In this document: positions 19,939 through 30,226 of the stretch, one piece after another | Layout of the letters: each line of letters starts with the position of its first letter | Position numbering within the stretch: position 1 is the first letter of the stretch | Assembly (NCBI GenBank): GCA_041651095.1 | Contig: JBAZJV010000001.1 | Location: forward strand, 83,835-147,834 | DNA length: 64,000 bases | Source: Patescibacteria group bacterium | GTDB taxonomy: Bacteria > Patescibacteriota > Patescibacteriia > Patescibacteriales > UBA12465 | Direction of reading: 5' to 3' | Program-made: the position numbers and the translations under genes | The notes under the pieces: model-generated | Databases searched by the model: none | What the model saw: the letters and a program-made list of their open reading frames with translations, nothing else | Told to the model about the DNA's origin: nothing

Positions 19939-21411
19939 ATGAAGCGCGATCGCTCTCAGACAACCCGTTCCTCTAATCGCCTGTTGGTCAACCCTGACCA
20001 GGACCTTTTCCGTTGGAAGGTGGACGCTTATCCTTCCCTGGTTTACGCCGTCTGTCGCGACATGACCAAGTCGCCGTATGGCTGGCCGAAGTCGGAAGGC
20101 TTTTTCTTCGGGCATGATTTCTATTGGTATGATAATTGGTCGGTTATTTGGGCGCATGGTGACAAGTTTATCGCCAAGTATCTGAAACATTCCCGCGGTC
20201 GCTTGCCGGCTGAACGAATAAGACGGTATGGGGCCGCTTTTAAGAGTCTGCGCCGTTTGGTAGCGCGTAGCGCCAAGGCAAATTACGCTCAGCTGGAGTT
20301 ACCGGCTTTGCGTCGCCAGTGGTTCGCTTTTTTTAAAACTTATGCCCATTTTTGGCTGGTCATCACCGATATAGAGGTCCTGAATTACGCCGCCAGCCGC
20401 CGGTTGGAAAAGTTGATCGCTCAACGCCGGATCAAGCTCAGCCCGGATGAAATTTCCCAGCTGACTGCTTTCCCGCAGCGGTCTTATATTTTGGAAGAGG
20501 AATATGAATTATTGAAAATCGCTTTTGCGTTGTCAGCCTCCCGCCGCCCGGCCGCGCTCCGACGCCACGCCAGTAAATTTTCCTGGATTTTAAACGGCTA
20601 CCATGGCGTCCGGCCGGCAACGGCGAAATTCTTTGTCGATCGCCTGCGCCGCTTCTTAACTGACCGGCAGGCCAGGGAACATTACCAGCAACTGAAAGAT
20701 TATTATCGCCTGACGGAGAGAAAATTCAAACAGATAGTTAAACAGCATAACCTGGATTCCGAAATCGTTAAATACGCCCGACTAGCCCAGCAGGCTTCTT
20801 TTATCCAGGATCGGCGCAAAGCCTTGGCCTGGCGGGCCACGACTTATATCATTGCCCTATATCGGCGTCTGGCTCAGCAACTTGATTGCAACCTGGAACA
20901 GGCCCTGTATATTCTATGGGATGAATTCGATACCGCCGTTAAAAATCCCGGAACGATGCTCAAGGAAGTCGCCCGGCGTCAGAAATGTTCCCGTCTGCGT
21001 ATTTGGGGCGATCGGACCACGATTTCTACCAAGGATGTCGCCAGGATTTTCGCCGTCTTTGAAAAGCAATATGTTGCTGCTCTGGGTCAGGAGGTCAAGG
21101 GGACGATTGCCTATACCGGACGAGTGGTCGGCCGGGTACAAATAATTTCGGGCGGAAAGGATATCAGCCGTTTCCAACCGGGCCGGATCCTGGTAGCGCT
21201 CATGACCTCGCCGGACTATATCGCGGCGATCAAGAAAGCCAAGGCCATCGTGACGGATGACGGTGGCCTGACCTGCCATGCCGCTATCGTGGCGCGGGAA
21301 TTAAAAAAGCCCTGTATTGTCGGAACCAGGAACGCGACGAAGGTCTTGCATGATGGCGATCTGGTGGAAGTAGATGCCAACCACGGGATAGTTAAGGTTA
21401 TTAGTCAATAA
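19939..21411 (+). CDS. Paralog 3 of 9: helical domain plus swivel phosphohistidine domain
   Basis: GRILVALMTSPDYIAAIKKAKAIVTDDGGLTCHAAIVARELKKPCIVGT. His codon at 21277-21279. Confidence 0.85.
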   Translation: MKRDRSQTTRSSNRLLVNPDQDLFRWKVDAYPSLVYAVCRDMTKSPYGWPKSEGFFFGHDFYWYDNWSVIWAHGDKFIAKYLKHSRGRLPAERIRRYGAAFKSLRRLVARSAKANYAQLELPALRRQWFAFFKTYAHFWLVITDIEVLNYAASRRLEKLIAQRRIKLSPDEISQLTAFPQRSYILEEEYELLKIAFALSASRRPAALRRHASKFSWILNGYHGVRPATAKFFVDRLRRFLTDRQAREHYQQLKDYYRLTERKFKQIVKQHNLDSEIVKYARLAQQASFIQDRRKALAWRATTYIIALYRRLAQQLDCNLEQALYILWDEFDTAVKNPGTMLKEVARRQKCSRLRIWGDRTTISTKDVARIFAVFEKQYVAALGQEVKGTIAYTGRVVGRVQIISGGKDISRFQPGRILVALMTSPDYIAAIKKAKAIVTDDGGLTCHAAIVARELKKPCIVGTRNATKVLHDGDLVEVDANHGIVKVISQ

Positions 21412-21416
21412 AATAT

Positions 21417-22940
21417 ATGTCTTATCAACAGTATAATTGGGAAGCAGCCGGCAAGGATTACAATTCTCCTTATTTGCGCAATCATCTTTGGACCGTCGCT
21501 ATCACTAAATATCGTGATTTAATGGGTATCTCTTGTCCGATGCTCGGCATTGCTTCCCGCAATAACCAGATCGAGTATATCGGTGATCTGGCTACTTGGG
21601 GTAAAACGCATGAAGAACTAAAGGCGAAAATATTAGCCGATTATAACCTGCTCGATGAGTTGATCGATAAAACCCTGCAATGGGGAGAAGAATTCAACCG
21701 TTGGACCGAAATTAAAATTTACCAAGCGGATTTAAGCCGGGCTACCAATAAACAGCTCCTAAATCTACTGCTGGAATTCATTGATCGCCAAGCGACGGGT
21801 TATGCCTACGGGACCGCCTTGCCAACCCTAGATTTTCAGAATTTTTCTTTTGTCGAGAGCAATTTAAACCGTTTTCTTAAGGCTAAAGCCAATCCGGCGG
21901 ATTTTGCCGATTGTTACACCGTTTTTACGGAACCAATCCATAATTCTTTCGCCCAAGACCAGGAAGAGGCTTTGTTAAAACTGATGGCCGACCATTACCT
22001 GGATGCTGAGTGGCGGCACTCTGTCCAAGAACAGGAAATTGGCGTAATCCAAGAAAGGTACCCAGAATTCTGCCGCCGATTAGCCGAACATACCCAGACC
22101 TACGCTTGGGTATACTATGTTTATATGGGGCCCGCTTTTACGATTAATGATTTTTACGGTTTTATCCGTGATTATCTGAATAGGAATGTTAATCCGACTG
22201 AACGGCTGGCAGAAATTAAGGCTAAATCGATCCGGGTTGCTGAGGCGAAAGAGCGTTATTTAGCCAAATTCCGGCCCAGCGGTCTTGATGAGTTTATTCT
22301 TAAGATCGCTGGCAAGGTGGTGTGGGCGAAGCCGCGCCGGAAAGACTATCAGAGCAAGTCTTATTATCATGCTGAGAAATTATTACGGGAAATCGCTAAA
22401 CGTCTTTTTGTCTCCCTGGACCAGATCCGTTCATTACCGACCCCGCTAATTATTCAAGCCTTGCAGGGCGGGGAACCTGACCTGACCGTAGCTAACGACA
22501 TTAAAAAATTACACGTTTGCCTACCAGATAATGGGCAAGTTGTTGATTTATTTGGTAAAGCGGCGGAACACTTTTGCCGCAAAGTGTTAAAGGTTGAGTC
22601 AACGCCGATTGGCGCAGACGCCAAAGAGTTTGGCGGTGTCAGCGCTTGCGCCGGACGTGCCACTGGTTGCGCTAAAATCATTAATCTCCCGGAGGATATG
22701 GCCAAAATGGAATATGGCGACATTCTAGTATCATCTGGCACCACCCCGAGCATCGTACCGGCCATGAAAAAAGCCGCGGCTATTATTACTGACGAAGGTG
22801 GACTCACCTGTCATGCCGCCATCGTTTCCCGGGAATTGAATATTCCCTGCGTGGTTTCTCTGAAAATAATTAGTCGGGTCGTAAAAGACGGCGATCAGCT
22901 GGAAGTAGACGCGACACAAGGGAAGGTGAAGAAGCTGTAG
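21417..22940 (+). CDS. Paralog 4 of 9: helical domain plus swivel phosphohistidine domain
   Basis: GDILVSSGTTPSIVPAMKKAAAIITDEGGLTCHAAIVSRELNIPCVVS. His codon at 22812-22814. Confidence 0.85.
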   Translation: MSYQQYNWEAAGKDYNSPYLRNHLWTVAITKYRDLMGISCPMLGIASRNNQIEYIGDLATWGKTHEELKAKILADYNLLDELIDKTLQWGEEFNRWTEIKIYQADLSRATNKQLLNLLLEFIDRQATGYAYGTALPTLDFQNFSFVESNLNRFLKAKANPADFADCYTVFTEPIHNSFAQDQEEALLKLMADHYLDAEWRHSVQEQEIGVIQERYPEFCRRLAEHTQTYAWVYYVYMGPAFTINDFYGFIRDYLNRNVNPTERLAEIKAKSIRVAEAKERYLAKFRPSGLDEFILKIAGKVVWAKPRRKDYQSKSYYHAEKLLREIAKRLFVSLDQIRSLPTPLIIQALQGGEPDLTVANDIKKLHVCLPDNGQVVDLFGKAAEHFCRKVLKVESTPIGADAKEFGGVSACAGRATGCAKIINLPEDMAKMEYGDILVSSGTTPSIVPAMKKAAAIITDEGGLTCHAAIVSRELNIPCVVSLKIISRVVKDGDQLEVDATQGKVKKL

Positions 22941-22972
22941 GCAATGTTCAGAATATATCAAGCTGCTTAACT

Positions 22973-24409
22973 ATGTGGTCAAAATATATAACCAGAAGAT
23001 TAGCCGTCCAGGTCGCCCAATCCTGGAATTTCGCCTGGGGAGAGGCGATGCGCCAAGTTTATGGGGTTTCCGTACAGGACACCCTGGTATTCCGCGACCA
23101 GCGGAAGACCGAATATTATGTTGATGATAAGCAGTATCAACGTTATATCCGCGAGCTTTATCGATTGTTGTCCCGGCCGGATTTCGTTAAGAACTTTCAT
23201 CGCCAAGCCGAGAGTAAACTAGCTAGCATCTTAAAAAACGTCCAGCGCCGGTTTGACCTAGATTTCGGCGGCTTGTCCAACGCCGAATTGCTCTCTTTAT
23301 ATCGTGATTTCACTTTGCCGCAAGTAGAGCAGTTCTATATCCGGATGTGGACCGTTTTTAATATCGCCGAACCGCTTACGGCTGTCGTACGAGCTGAATT
23401 AGTGGATCGCTTGAAAGATGAGAGGTGCGTTGATGAATTTTTGCTCAAGCTCGCTTCGCCGCTCCGGCCTAACGACGTTTTGCATAAACAGATCGACATC
23501 CTTAGTCTGGCGGCGCGGCGACGAAGCTTGTCCGCCAGGCAATTGGCAGCGGGAATCATGAAATTGGTCGCCAAGTACCGCCACATCCCGATGTTCGATT
23601 TTGACCATGAGCCATATGGACGGGATCATTTCCGGCAAGAGTTACAATCAGTGAAGCGGCCGGCTCAGAAATTACTAGCCATTAAACGACTTCTGGCCTC
23701 TCACCGGCGCGAGGCGGCGGCGATAATCAAAATACTCAAGCCGGATCGAAAATTGCGGCAGCTATTAAAATTCTTGCAGGACAATGTTTTCCTGCGGGAC
23801 CATCGCGATATGCTCCGGCAGAAGCTTAATTTGGAGTTACAGAAGCTGTATCAGGAAATCGCCGATCGTCTAGGATTAAAGCTGGAACAAGTGGCGACCC
23901 TGACTAACCAGGAGATTATTTATCATTTAAAAACAGTTAAACATTTTCCTCGCGTCGAGGCGGTCCGGCGGGGTCGGGCCTATCTATTGGTCCAGAAAGG
24001 CCGCCGGGCGCAAATATATTCCGGTCGTCAGGCTTTGGCTAAATTCCGTCAAGAGTTAGCGCCGAATCGGCAAACGGCCAGTCGAGAATTGCGGGGCATT
24101 GCCGCTTCGCCCGGCCGGGCGACTGGTCCGGCCAGGGTTATCTATACTAATCGCGATCTGTCAAAGGTAAGGACCGGCGATATTCTGGTGGCGGCCATGA
24201 CTAGACAGGATTTTGTCCCGGCTATGGGACGAGCTAAAGCGATTATCATTGATGAGGGTGGCATCATTTGTCATGCGGCCATCATTGCCAGAGAATTGCA
24301 TAAACCTTGCGTGGTCGCCCTTAAAACAGCCACTCATTTCATTCAGGATGGCGACCGGGTTGAGGTCGACGCCGACAGAGGAATAGTGAAAATACTATCC
24401 CATATTTAA
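22973..24409 (+). CDS. Paralog 5 of 9: helical domain plus swivel phosphohistidine domain
   Basis: GDILVAAMTRQDFVPAMGRAKAIIIDEGGIICHAAIIARELHKPCVVA. His codon at 24272-24274. Confidence 0.85.
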   Translation: MWSKYITRRLAVQVAQSWNFAWGEAMRQVYGVSVQDTLVFRDQRKTEYYVDDKQYQRYIRELYRLLSRPDFVKNFHRQAESKLASILKNVQRRFDLDFGGLSNAELLSLYRDFTLPQVEQFYIRMWTVFNIAEPLTAVVRAELVDRLKDERCVDEFLLKLASPLRPNDVLHKQIDILSLAARRRSLSARQLAAGIMKLVAKYRHIPMFDFDHEPYGRDHFRQELQSVKRPAQKLLAIKRLLASHRREAAAIIKILKPDRKLRQLLKFLQDNVFLRDHRDMLRQKLNLELQKLYQEIADRLGLKLEQVATLTNQEIIYHLKTVKHFPRVEAVRRGRAYLLVQKGRRAQIYSGRQALAKFRQELAPNRQTASRELRGIAASPGRATGPARVIYTNRDLSKVRTGDILVAAMTRQDFVPAMGRAKAIIIDEGGIICHAAIIARELHKPCVVALKTATHFIQDGDRVEVDADRGIVKILSHI

Positions 24410-24412
24410 CTT

Positions 24413-25825
24413 ATGGAGCGATTAAATCCGCAAAATTATATTTGGGAATGGGAACGGAACATGTTTCCTTATTACACCTACTTAATGGCTAATGGCTGGT
24501 TAGTCTTTTCCCATTGGCCGGTTTATACAGTCAATATATGTGAACGGGGAGTTGCGAACGGCTATCTGGAGAAAAAATCATTGGAGCAAGCGGCGGCCAA
24601 GATTGTCGCCAAGGTTAAAAAAACCGATGCCTATCGGCGTAATTGGGAGATTGTAGTTGATCGTACCGGTCGTGAATTATTGAAATTTTGTAGCTATTTG
24701 GACCGGATCGATTGGCCAAAGTTAAGTGATCGTCAACTTAAGGAAATTTGCCGTTTATCTCTTAAAAAATTTTATGCCCACAATAAACAGGTCGTTATGA
24801 TTCGGGTGCCTAATCGTTTAATCCAGTCCATTCTTTTAAAGAATTTTGATCCAACTACCACGGCTTTACTGTTGTCGGCCACCAAAAAAAGCTTTTTCGT
24901 GAGCGAACACGAAAACCTATTGCGTTTAGCGGAAAAAATTAAACGACGCCGCTTGAAAAGAGCGGAACTTGATATGCTAATAAACGCCCATGTTCAAAAA
25001 TATCGCCATATTTTAGCCGGTTTTTATAAAGAACGGCCGTTGACAACTCTCTCCATCAGAAAGAGTCTGGCTCGTCTAATAAAAAGTCGGGAAACCCTGC
25101 CAGACTTTCAAGGACAGATCAGGCAGGCTGCCGCCAGAAGAAAACGCCTCTTGCGGGGCTTATCACTTTCTCCTGATTTACGGCGCATTATTGAATTTGG
25201 AGCGCTTTGCACCTATTTTAAGGATTTAATCCGAGTTAATTGTAACCGTTGGCTTTATTCACAACGTCAGATTTTTAAAGAAATCGGCCGTCGTACCGGC
25301 AAGAGCTGGGAGGTCGTTGCCAGCTTATCGCCCGAAGAAGTAGAGGGGCTGATCAATAAACCGAAAAGAATATTACCGTTCCGGTCCAGGATTTTCTACT
25401 CTAATGTCTCCGGCATTCAGGTCGTATCCGGCCGGCCGGCTCAAATAATTGCTCGACGTTTTCATAATTATTTTTTTACTGCTACAACGAAAGAAATAAC
25501 CGGTACCGCCGCCAATAATGGCCGAGTCAGCGGCAAAATTTTAGTTATTCATCATGCTCAAGAAGCCGCTGGTCGGCGAGATTATATTTTGGTAGCAACC
25601 ATGACTACGCCAGATCTGATGCCGGCGATTAGAAATGCGCGGGCGGTTATAACCGATGAAGGCGGCCTAACTTGCCATGCCACCATTATCGCTAGAGAAC
25701 TAAACTTGCCGTGCATCATCGGCACTAAGATTGCCACAAAAATTTTACATACCGGTGACTTAGTAGAGGTTAATGCCGATAAAGGGATTGTTAAATTAAT
25801 AAAACCAGCTAAACGGCAACATTAA
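24413..25825 (+). CDS. Paralog 6 of 9: helical domain plus swivel phosphohistidine domain
   Basis: YILVATMTTPDLMPAIRNARAVITDEGGLTCHATIIARELNLPCIIGT. His codon at 25676-25678. Confidence 0.85.
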   Translation: MERLNPQNYIWEWERNMFPYYTYLMANGWLVFSHWPVYTVNICERGVANGYLEKKSLEQAAAKIVAKVKKTDAYRRNWEIVVDRTGRELLKFCSYLDRIDWPKLSDRQLKEICRLSLKKFYAHNKQVVMIRVPNRLIQSILLKNFDPTTTALLLSATKKSFFVSEHENLLRLAEKIKRRRLKRAELDMLINAHVQKYRHILAGFYKERPLTTLSIRKSLARLIKSRETLPDFQGQIRQAAARRKRLLRGLSLSPDLRRIIEFGALCTYFKDLIRVNCNRWLYSQRQIFKEIGRRTGKSWEVVASLSPEEVEGLINKPKRILPFRSRIFYSNVSGIQVVSGRPAQIIARRFHNYFFTATTKEITGTAANNGRVSGKILVIHHAQEAAGRRDYILVATMTTPDLMPAIRNARAVITDEGGLTCHATIIARELNLPCIIGTKIATKILHTGDLVEVNADKGIVKLIKPAKRQH

Positions 25826-25852
25826 TAATATAGTATTTTTTACCATATTATA

Positions 25853-25905
25853 TTGACAAATATACTATATATTAGTAAGATTGATTAAAACTATTAATCA
25901 ATCTT
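25853..25905 (+). promoter_or_regulatory. Candidate sigma70-type promoter overlapped by a perfect 12-bp inverted repeat (candidate operator) upstream of paralog 7
   Basis: TTGACA (25853-25858), then N17, then TAAGAT (25876-25881). AAGATTGATTAA (25877-25888) and TTAATCAATCTT (25894-25905) are exact reverse complements with a 5-bp spacer. The repeat ends 6 nt before the ATG at 25912. Confidence 0.4.
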
Positions 25906-25911
25906 TTTAAT

Positions 25912-27726
25912 ATGTTAGACCGTCTCATCAATTCGCAGACCCGGCTAGCCATCTTAAATTTGTTCTTCCAAGACCCAGCCAAGAAATATTACAGCCGGGA
26001 AATCGTCAAGTTGCTCAAGCTGGATCCGGCCAATGTCCATAAAGAGTTGGCCAACTTAGTGGCCGGCAATTTTTTGCTGACGGAAATCGCGGCCGGAAAA
26101 AAATATTTTCTGATCAACCGGCAGAACCCCTTCTTCGGCGGTCTGCAAGAAATATTCTCTCGTTATCAGGCCAAATCAGCCATACCGCAGCTCATCTGCG
26201 TGGAAGAAATGCCGAACTATTATCCGATGATGGTGACTTTAGCCTGGAATACTTATTGGGCTAACGGCCTGTTCGCTCGCTTCGGGATAAAACGGCGCTT
26301 TTCCTGCCTGTTATCGATCTATCAGGATAATCTCTGCCAGTTGCTGGTGCCTAAGCAGGGATTTACCGCTATCGGCGAAGAAATACTAAGTCTGGTCGTC
26401 AATGATCCGGCTTGGGGCGACCGTTATATCCGGGAATTGAAAGAGCAGGAAGGGAAGTTGTACCGCGTTTCCGAGGAATTAAAGAAACTGAATCTAAAGA
26501 AATTCTCCGATCGGGATTTATTCAAGGTCTATGCTGATTATTATGAAATATACAGCCAGTTGCACGTTTTCCACTGGATCCAGACCGGCCTGGATTTTGA
26601 TGAGAACGTCTTTTCCAAGTACTTGATGGCCTATCTGAAAAAACAGATTGTCGGTACCGCCTATTCCTTGGGCGACGCCTTTTCCGTCTTAACGACTCCT
26701 TTGGCCGAGGCCAAGCCGGCGGAAGAGTATCGGGACTTATTGCTGATTTATCAGAGCATTTGCCAGGAAGCAAAATTGAAAAAATATTTTGCCGATACGG
26801 AAACTAGGCTGATCGTTTCCGAATTGCCGGAACGGCAGCTCAAATTATGGCATACGATCCAGCGGCATGCGGCCGATTTCGGATTTTTGGGCTATAATAC
26901 GGCCGGGCCGGCCTGGGACGCCGCTTATTTTATCGATATCTTAAGCAGCCTGGTCCGGCAGGCCGCCAAACCGGAGGTCCTGTTGGCTGAAATTGCCGCC
27001 AATAAGCAAAATACGCAGGCCAAACAGCGGCAACTGGAAAAAGATTTGCGCCTGGATGAAAACCATCTCCGTATTTTCCATTTTGCCCGCGACCTGATCT
27101 TTTCCAAAGGCACCCGCAAGGATTCTATGTTTTACAGTTATAGCATCATCGAGAATCTCTGGCGGGAAATCGGCCGGCGCCATTATTTATCCGTGCGGCA
27201 AGTCCGCTATCTCCATCCCCATGAAGTTAAGAAATTGCTGGTCGAGCATAAGTTCGATACCGCTATTTTGAACGAACGCTATAAGTTCAGCCTTAATTTT
27301 TCCGTTGGCCGTTATGAAGAAGATAAGAATCTGACCGGCCAGGCCGCCAAGGATTTCATCGCTACGTTGGATATCATCCAAGAAGATATCAGCAACGTCA
27401 AGATCCTTTACGGCGACTGCGCCTCGCCCGGGCGGGTGCGCGGGGAAGTCAAGATCATCAATGAACCCAAGGATATGGCCAAAATGAACAAAGGAGATAT
27501 TCTGGTTTCTTATGCCACGACGCCGGATCTGGTGCCGGCGATCAAGAAAGCGGCGGCGATTGTCACGGATGCCGGCGGCATCACCTGCCACGCCGCCATC
27601 ATTTCCCGAGAGCTCGGCGTGCCCTGCGTCGTCGGCACCAAGATCGCTACCAAAGTCCTGCATGATGGTGATATAATAGACGTGAACGCCACCCACGGCA
27701 AAGTGGATATCATTAAGAAAGGATAA
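25912..27726 (+). CDS. Paralog 7 of 9: N-terminal winged-HTH, helical domain and swivel phosphohistidine domain
   Basis: The N-terminus SQTRLAILNLFFQDPAKKYYSREIVKLLKLDPANVHKELANLVAGNFL is ArsR/MarR-like wHTH. The C-terminus reads GDILVSYATTPDLVPAIKKAAAIVTDAGGITCHAAIISRELGVPCVVGT. His codon at 27589-27591. Confidence 0.85.
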   Translation: MLDRLINSQTRLAILNLFFQDPAKKYYSREIVKLLKLDPANVHKELANLVAGNFLLTEIAAGKKYFLINRQNPFFGGLQEIFSRYQAKSAIPQLICVEEMPNYYPMMVTLAWNTYWANGLFARFGIKRRFSCLLSIYQDNLCQLLVPKQGFTAIGEEILSLVVNDPAWGDRYIRELKEQEGKLYRVSEELKKLNLKKFSDRDLFKVYADYYEIYSQLHVFHWIQTGLDFDENVFSKYLMAYLKKQIVGTAYSLGDAFSVLTTPLAEAKPAEEYRDLLLIYQSICQEAKLKKYFADTETRLIVSELPERQLKLWHTIQRHAADFGFLGYNTAGPAWDAAYFIDILSSLVRQAAKPEVLLAEIAANKQNTQAKQRQLEKDLRLDENHLRIFHFARDLIFSKGTRKDSMFYSYSIIENLWREIGRRHYLSVRQVRYLHPHEVKKLLVEHKFDTAILNERYKFSLNFSVGRYEEDKNLTGQAAKDFIATLDIIQEDISNVKILYGDCASPGRVRGEVKIINEPKDMAKMNKGDILVSYATTPDLVPAIKKAAAIVTDAGGITCHAAIISRELGVPCVVGTKIATKVLHDGDIIDVNATHGKVDIIKKG

Positions 27727-27737
27727 ACTTAGTTTTC

Positions 27738-28358
27738 ATGTCTAAAACTATCGCGCCAGCCAGGATCAAGCTGATCATTATTGATTTATACGGCATCATG
27801 ACCTTCGGCAGTTATAAGGACACCTGCCAGTGGCTGTGCCGGAAATACGGGTTCGATTATCAGCAGTGCTATCAATTGGTCTATCATAAATATTTCTGTC
27901 AGGCCGTAGAGCGGAAGATTTCCGAGCGGGAATCGTTTGCCTTAACCGCGAAGGCTCTGGGAATAGAAGAGTCAGGCGACCAGTTGCGCGATCTACATAT
28001 TTCCTACTTTATCCTTAACCGAGCAGTCTTACGTTGGGCTCTGGCCAGGAAGAAAGAAGGCTATAAAATCCTTTTATTATCTAAGAATACGCCGAGCCAA
28101 TTCCGGTATGTAGTTGAAAAATATAATTTAAAAAAATACTTCAGGGTCATCAATACTTATTATATTGGCATTGACAAAAAGTCGCCAAATATGGTAAAGT
28201 ATATTTTAAAGAAGTATGGGTTGGAGCCAGCAGAAATCCTGATGACCGACGATCAAGACTTCAATTTGGCTTATCCGGCTAAGATCGGCGCGCACACTAT
28301 CTTATATAAAGATTTCACTAGTTTTAAGAGAAAAGCCAAATTAATACTTAATAATTAA
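27738..28358 (+). CDS. HAD-like hydrolase-fold protein with a non-canonical motif I
   Basis: Motif I-like IIIDLYGIM, where the second Asp of DxD is Tyr. Motif II-like LLLSKNT. Motif IV-like MTDDQDFN. 206 aa. Confidence 0.45.
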   Translation: MSKTIAPARIKLIIIDLYGIMTFGSYKDTCQWLCRKYGFDYQQCYQLVYHKYFCQAVERKISERESFALTAKALGIEESGDQLRDLHISYFILNRAVLRWALARKKEGYKILLLSKNTPSQFRYVVEKYNLKKYFRVINTYYIGIDKKSPNMVKYILKKYGLEPAEILMTDDQDFNLAYPAKIGAHTILYKDFTSFKRKAKLILNN

Positions 28359-28412
28359 GACCTTGGCTTAAATTTTAGCTAAACTCTAATTTAAGTCTAA
28401 GCTAATAAATTT

Positions 28413-29306
28413 ATGGGTTTATTCAACTTTAACTTCGGAGAAAAGCCGGCGACATCCGAGAAAAAGGCCGAAGATTTCGGTCGTAATATTAAGGCGACTC
28501 TGGAGTTTAAGCGCCATCAAGATCCAGGCAAAGATCAGGCCACTGGTATGAGCGCCGATTGGTTAACTGAAAAAGGGAAAACAGCCTCTATTCAGGACGG
28601 GAAAGCGATAGAAGAAAATTCTGTCAAGGGATATGCTTCACCCAAGAAAAGAGCACAGGAGACTGTGGACTTGATGTTGGATAATGTTTATACTAGCCCA
28701 GCTTATTCCGTTGATGTAATTAATAAATCCACAGCTTCGCTGGAAGGGACTGGTGCCGAAAAGCTAAATAATAATCAGCGGGAAGAAAATAAATTTAATA
28801 TTAGGACCCGGCAGGAATTAGATGCAACCGCCAACTTCGTCAAGATAATGCCGATAGCCAGCGCTTGGGCGGAGGAGCAGCTTAAAGGTGGCGCAAAATT
28901 AGATAAATATTCTCTAATCGTCCAGTGGTATTTGGATAATCCGGAGAAGTGTAAAGAAAATGGAGTTTTAACTGGCCATGAAACAGCGGCGGAAATTGCC
29001 GAGCGGGTCGCGGTCGAACTTGGTATGACGGAGAGATTTTATAGAAATAGCGTAGTACGGTTAATTAATGTCACGCATGGTCCGAAAATTGAACCATTTC
29101 TTCAGGAATTAGTAGGCTTTAAAAATTTAGCCGAGATTGGCGGCGCTTTACAGCCGGGAGAAAGTATTAATTTTGCGGTCAGAATCGACGCCAATAAGCG
29201 AAAAACGGTAAAATTATTATTCCGCGATAAGGAATATCCGATCGACGAAGCGCAGATCAAAGCCCTAGCGCAGGAGTATCGGGATAGGATTGAAGGGAGA
29301 AAATAA
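28413..29306 (+). CDS. Histidine-phosphatase (phosphoglycerate-mutase-like) superfamily protein, divergent
   Basis: FKRHQD (RHG-like), ASPKKRAQETVDLM (SPxxRAxxT-like) and VTHGPKIEPF (late HG motif). 297 aa. Confidence 0.45.
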   Translation: MGLFNFNFGEKPATSEKKAEDFGRNIKATLEFKRHQDPGKDQATGMSADWLTEKGKTASIQDGKAIEENSVKGYASPKKRAQETVDLMLDNVYTSPAYSVDVINKSTASLEGTGAEKLNNNQREENKFNIRTRQELDATANFVKIMPIASAWAEEQLKGGAKLDKYSLIVQWYLDNPEKCKENGVLTGHETAAEIAERVAVELGMTERFYRNSVVRLINVTHGPKIEPFLQELVGFKNLAEIGGALQPGESINFAVRIDANKRKTVKLLFRDKEYPIDEAQIKALAQEYRDRIEGRK

Positions 29307-29322
29307 AAAATATTTAGCAATT

Positions 29323-29352
29323 AAAAAAGAGATACATTAGTATCTCTTTTTT
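29323..29352. terminator. Bidirectional intrinsic terminator between convergent genes
   Basis: A-run, AGAGATAC (29328-29335), loop ATTA, GTATCTCT (29340-29347), then T5. Confidence 0.65.
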
Positions 29353-29414
29353 GATCTGTCTCCCTCCAGATCGTTTAGAAATTTTTGAAAAAAATTTTTT
29401 TGCCGTCCGCAGTG

Positions 29415-30047
29415 TTATCCGATCAGGGCTACTGGCGTGATTTTGATATCGTTATTTCTGACGAAGTCAAAATCTTGGACGAATAATATGCCTTGTAATT
29501 CCTTTAAAGCTAAATCCGGTCGTAGGTTCAAGGCGATGCTTGGTTCAACATCTTCTGCTTTGCAGGAATGAGCCAAGAGTTCGATCATTGGGGTGTGCCC
29601 GATGATAATGAGGAATTCGTTCTCTTCTATTTCGGCGAACTTTCTTTCCAGAGCCTCTGCCTGGTCTTTTTGTATTTTCGTCAATAGATCAGGCGCCACC
29701 GTCTTCAGGGCATTATACCAGCCGGAGCGTTTTTGCTCGGCCATTAATTCGGCGTTGCCGGTCATTTGTTTGAATAAATCAGCATTACCGAATCGTGGAT
29801 CGGCAGGCAGAATTTGTGTCGCCACAATCCCTTTATCGTAAATATAATCTAGATATGCCTGTGCGGTTTGGGCGGTTCTTTCCAGACCGCTACCTTCGCA
29901 TACCGATACCGGCAGCCCGTTTTCAGATTGGTTAAACACTAGGCCGTTTAATCCGGTGATTCCATTTATTTTAATTTCAGTTAGTTGATCCGCGGCGATT
30001 AATTCGCCGCCTTTTCTTCCGTGGCGTACAAATGCGATTTTTTTCAC
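29415..30047 (-). CDS. Histidine-phosphatase (phosphoglycerate-mutase/SixA-like) superfamily protein
   Basis: MKKIAFVRHGRKGG (RHG motif at the extreme N-terminus), SGLERTAQTAQ and LIIIGHTPMIELL. 210 aa. Confidence 0.6.
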   Translation of the reverse strand: MKKIAFVRHGRKGGELIAADQLTEIKINGITGLNGLVFNQSENGLPVSVCEGSGLERTAQTAQAYLDYIYDKGIVATQILPADPRFGNADLFKQMTGNAELMAEQKRSGWYNALKTVAPDLLTKIQKDQAEALERKFAEIEENEFLIIIGHTPMIELLAHSCKAEDVEPSIALNLRPDLALKELQGILFVQDFDFVRNNDIKITPVALIG

Positions 30048-30136
30048 GATTAACTCCTATTGGTTGTTGGTTGTTGTTATTTATTGTTAAAAAAACGAAA
30101 ACTCTTTATAAATAGCCATTTTTTGACTATTAAAAT

Positions 30137-30165
30137 ACTATAGCACTTTTAAATAATTATGTCAA
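30137..30165 (-). promoter_or_regulatory. Candidate consensus promoter for the minus-strand histidine-phosphatase gene
   Basis: On the minus strand: TTGACA (30165-30160), N17, TATAGT (30142-30137). Confidence 0.45.
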
Positions 30166-30226
30166 TACTTTCAAATTTAATCCTAAAATATGTGCAATAG
30201 ATGGGGATACGTTAGCCAACATATCA

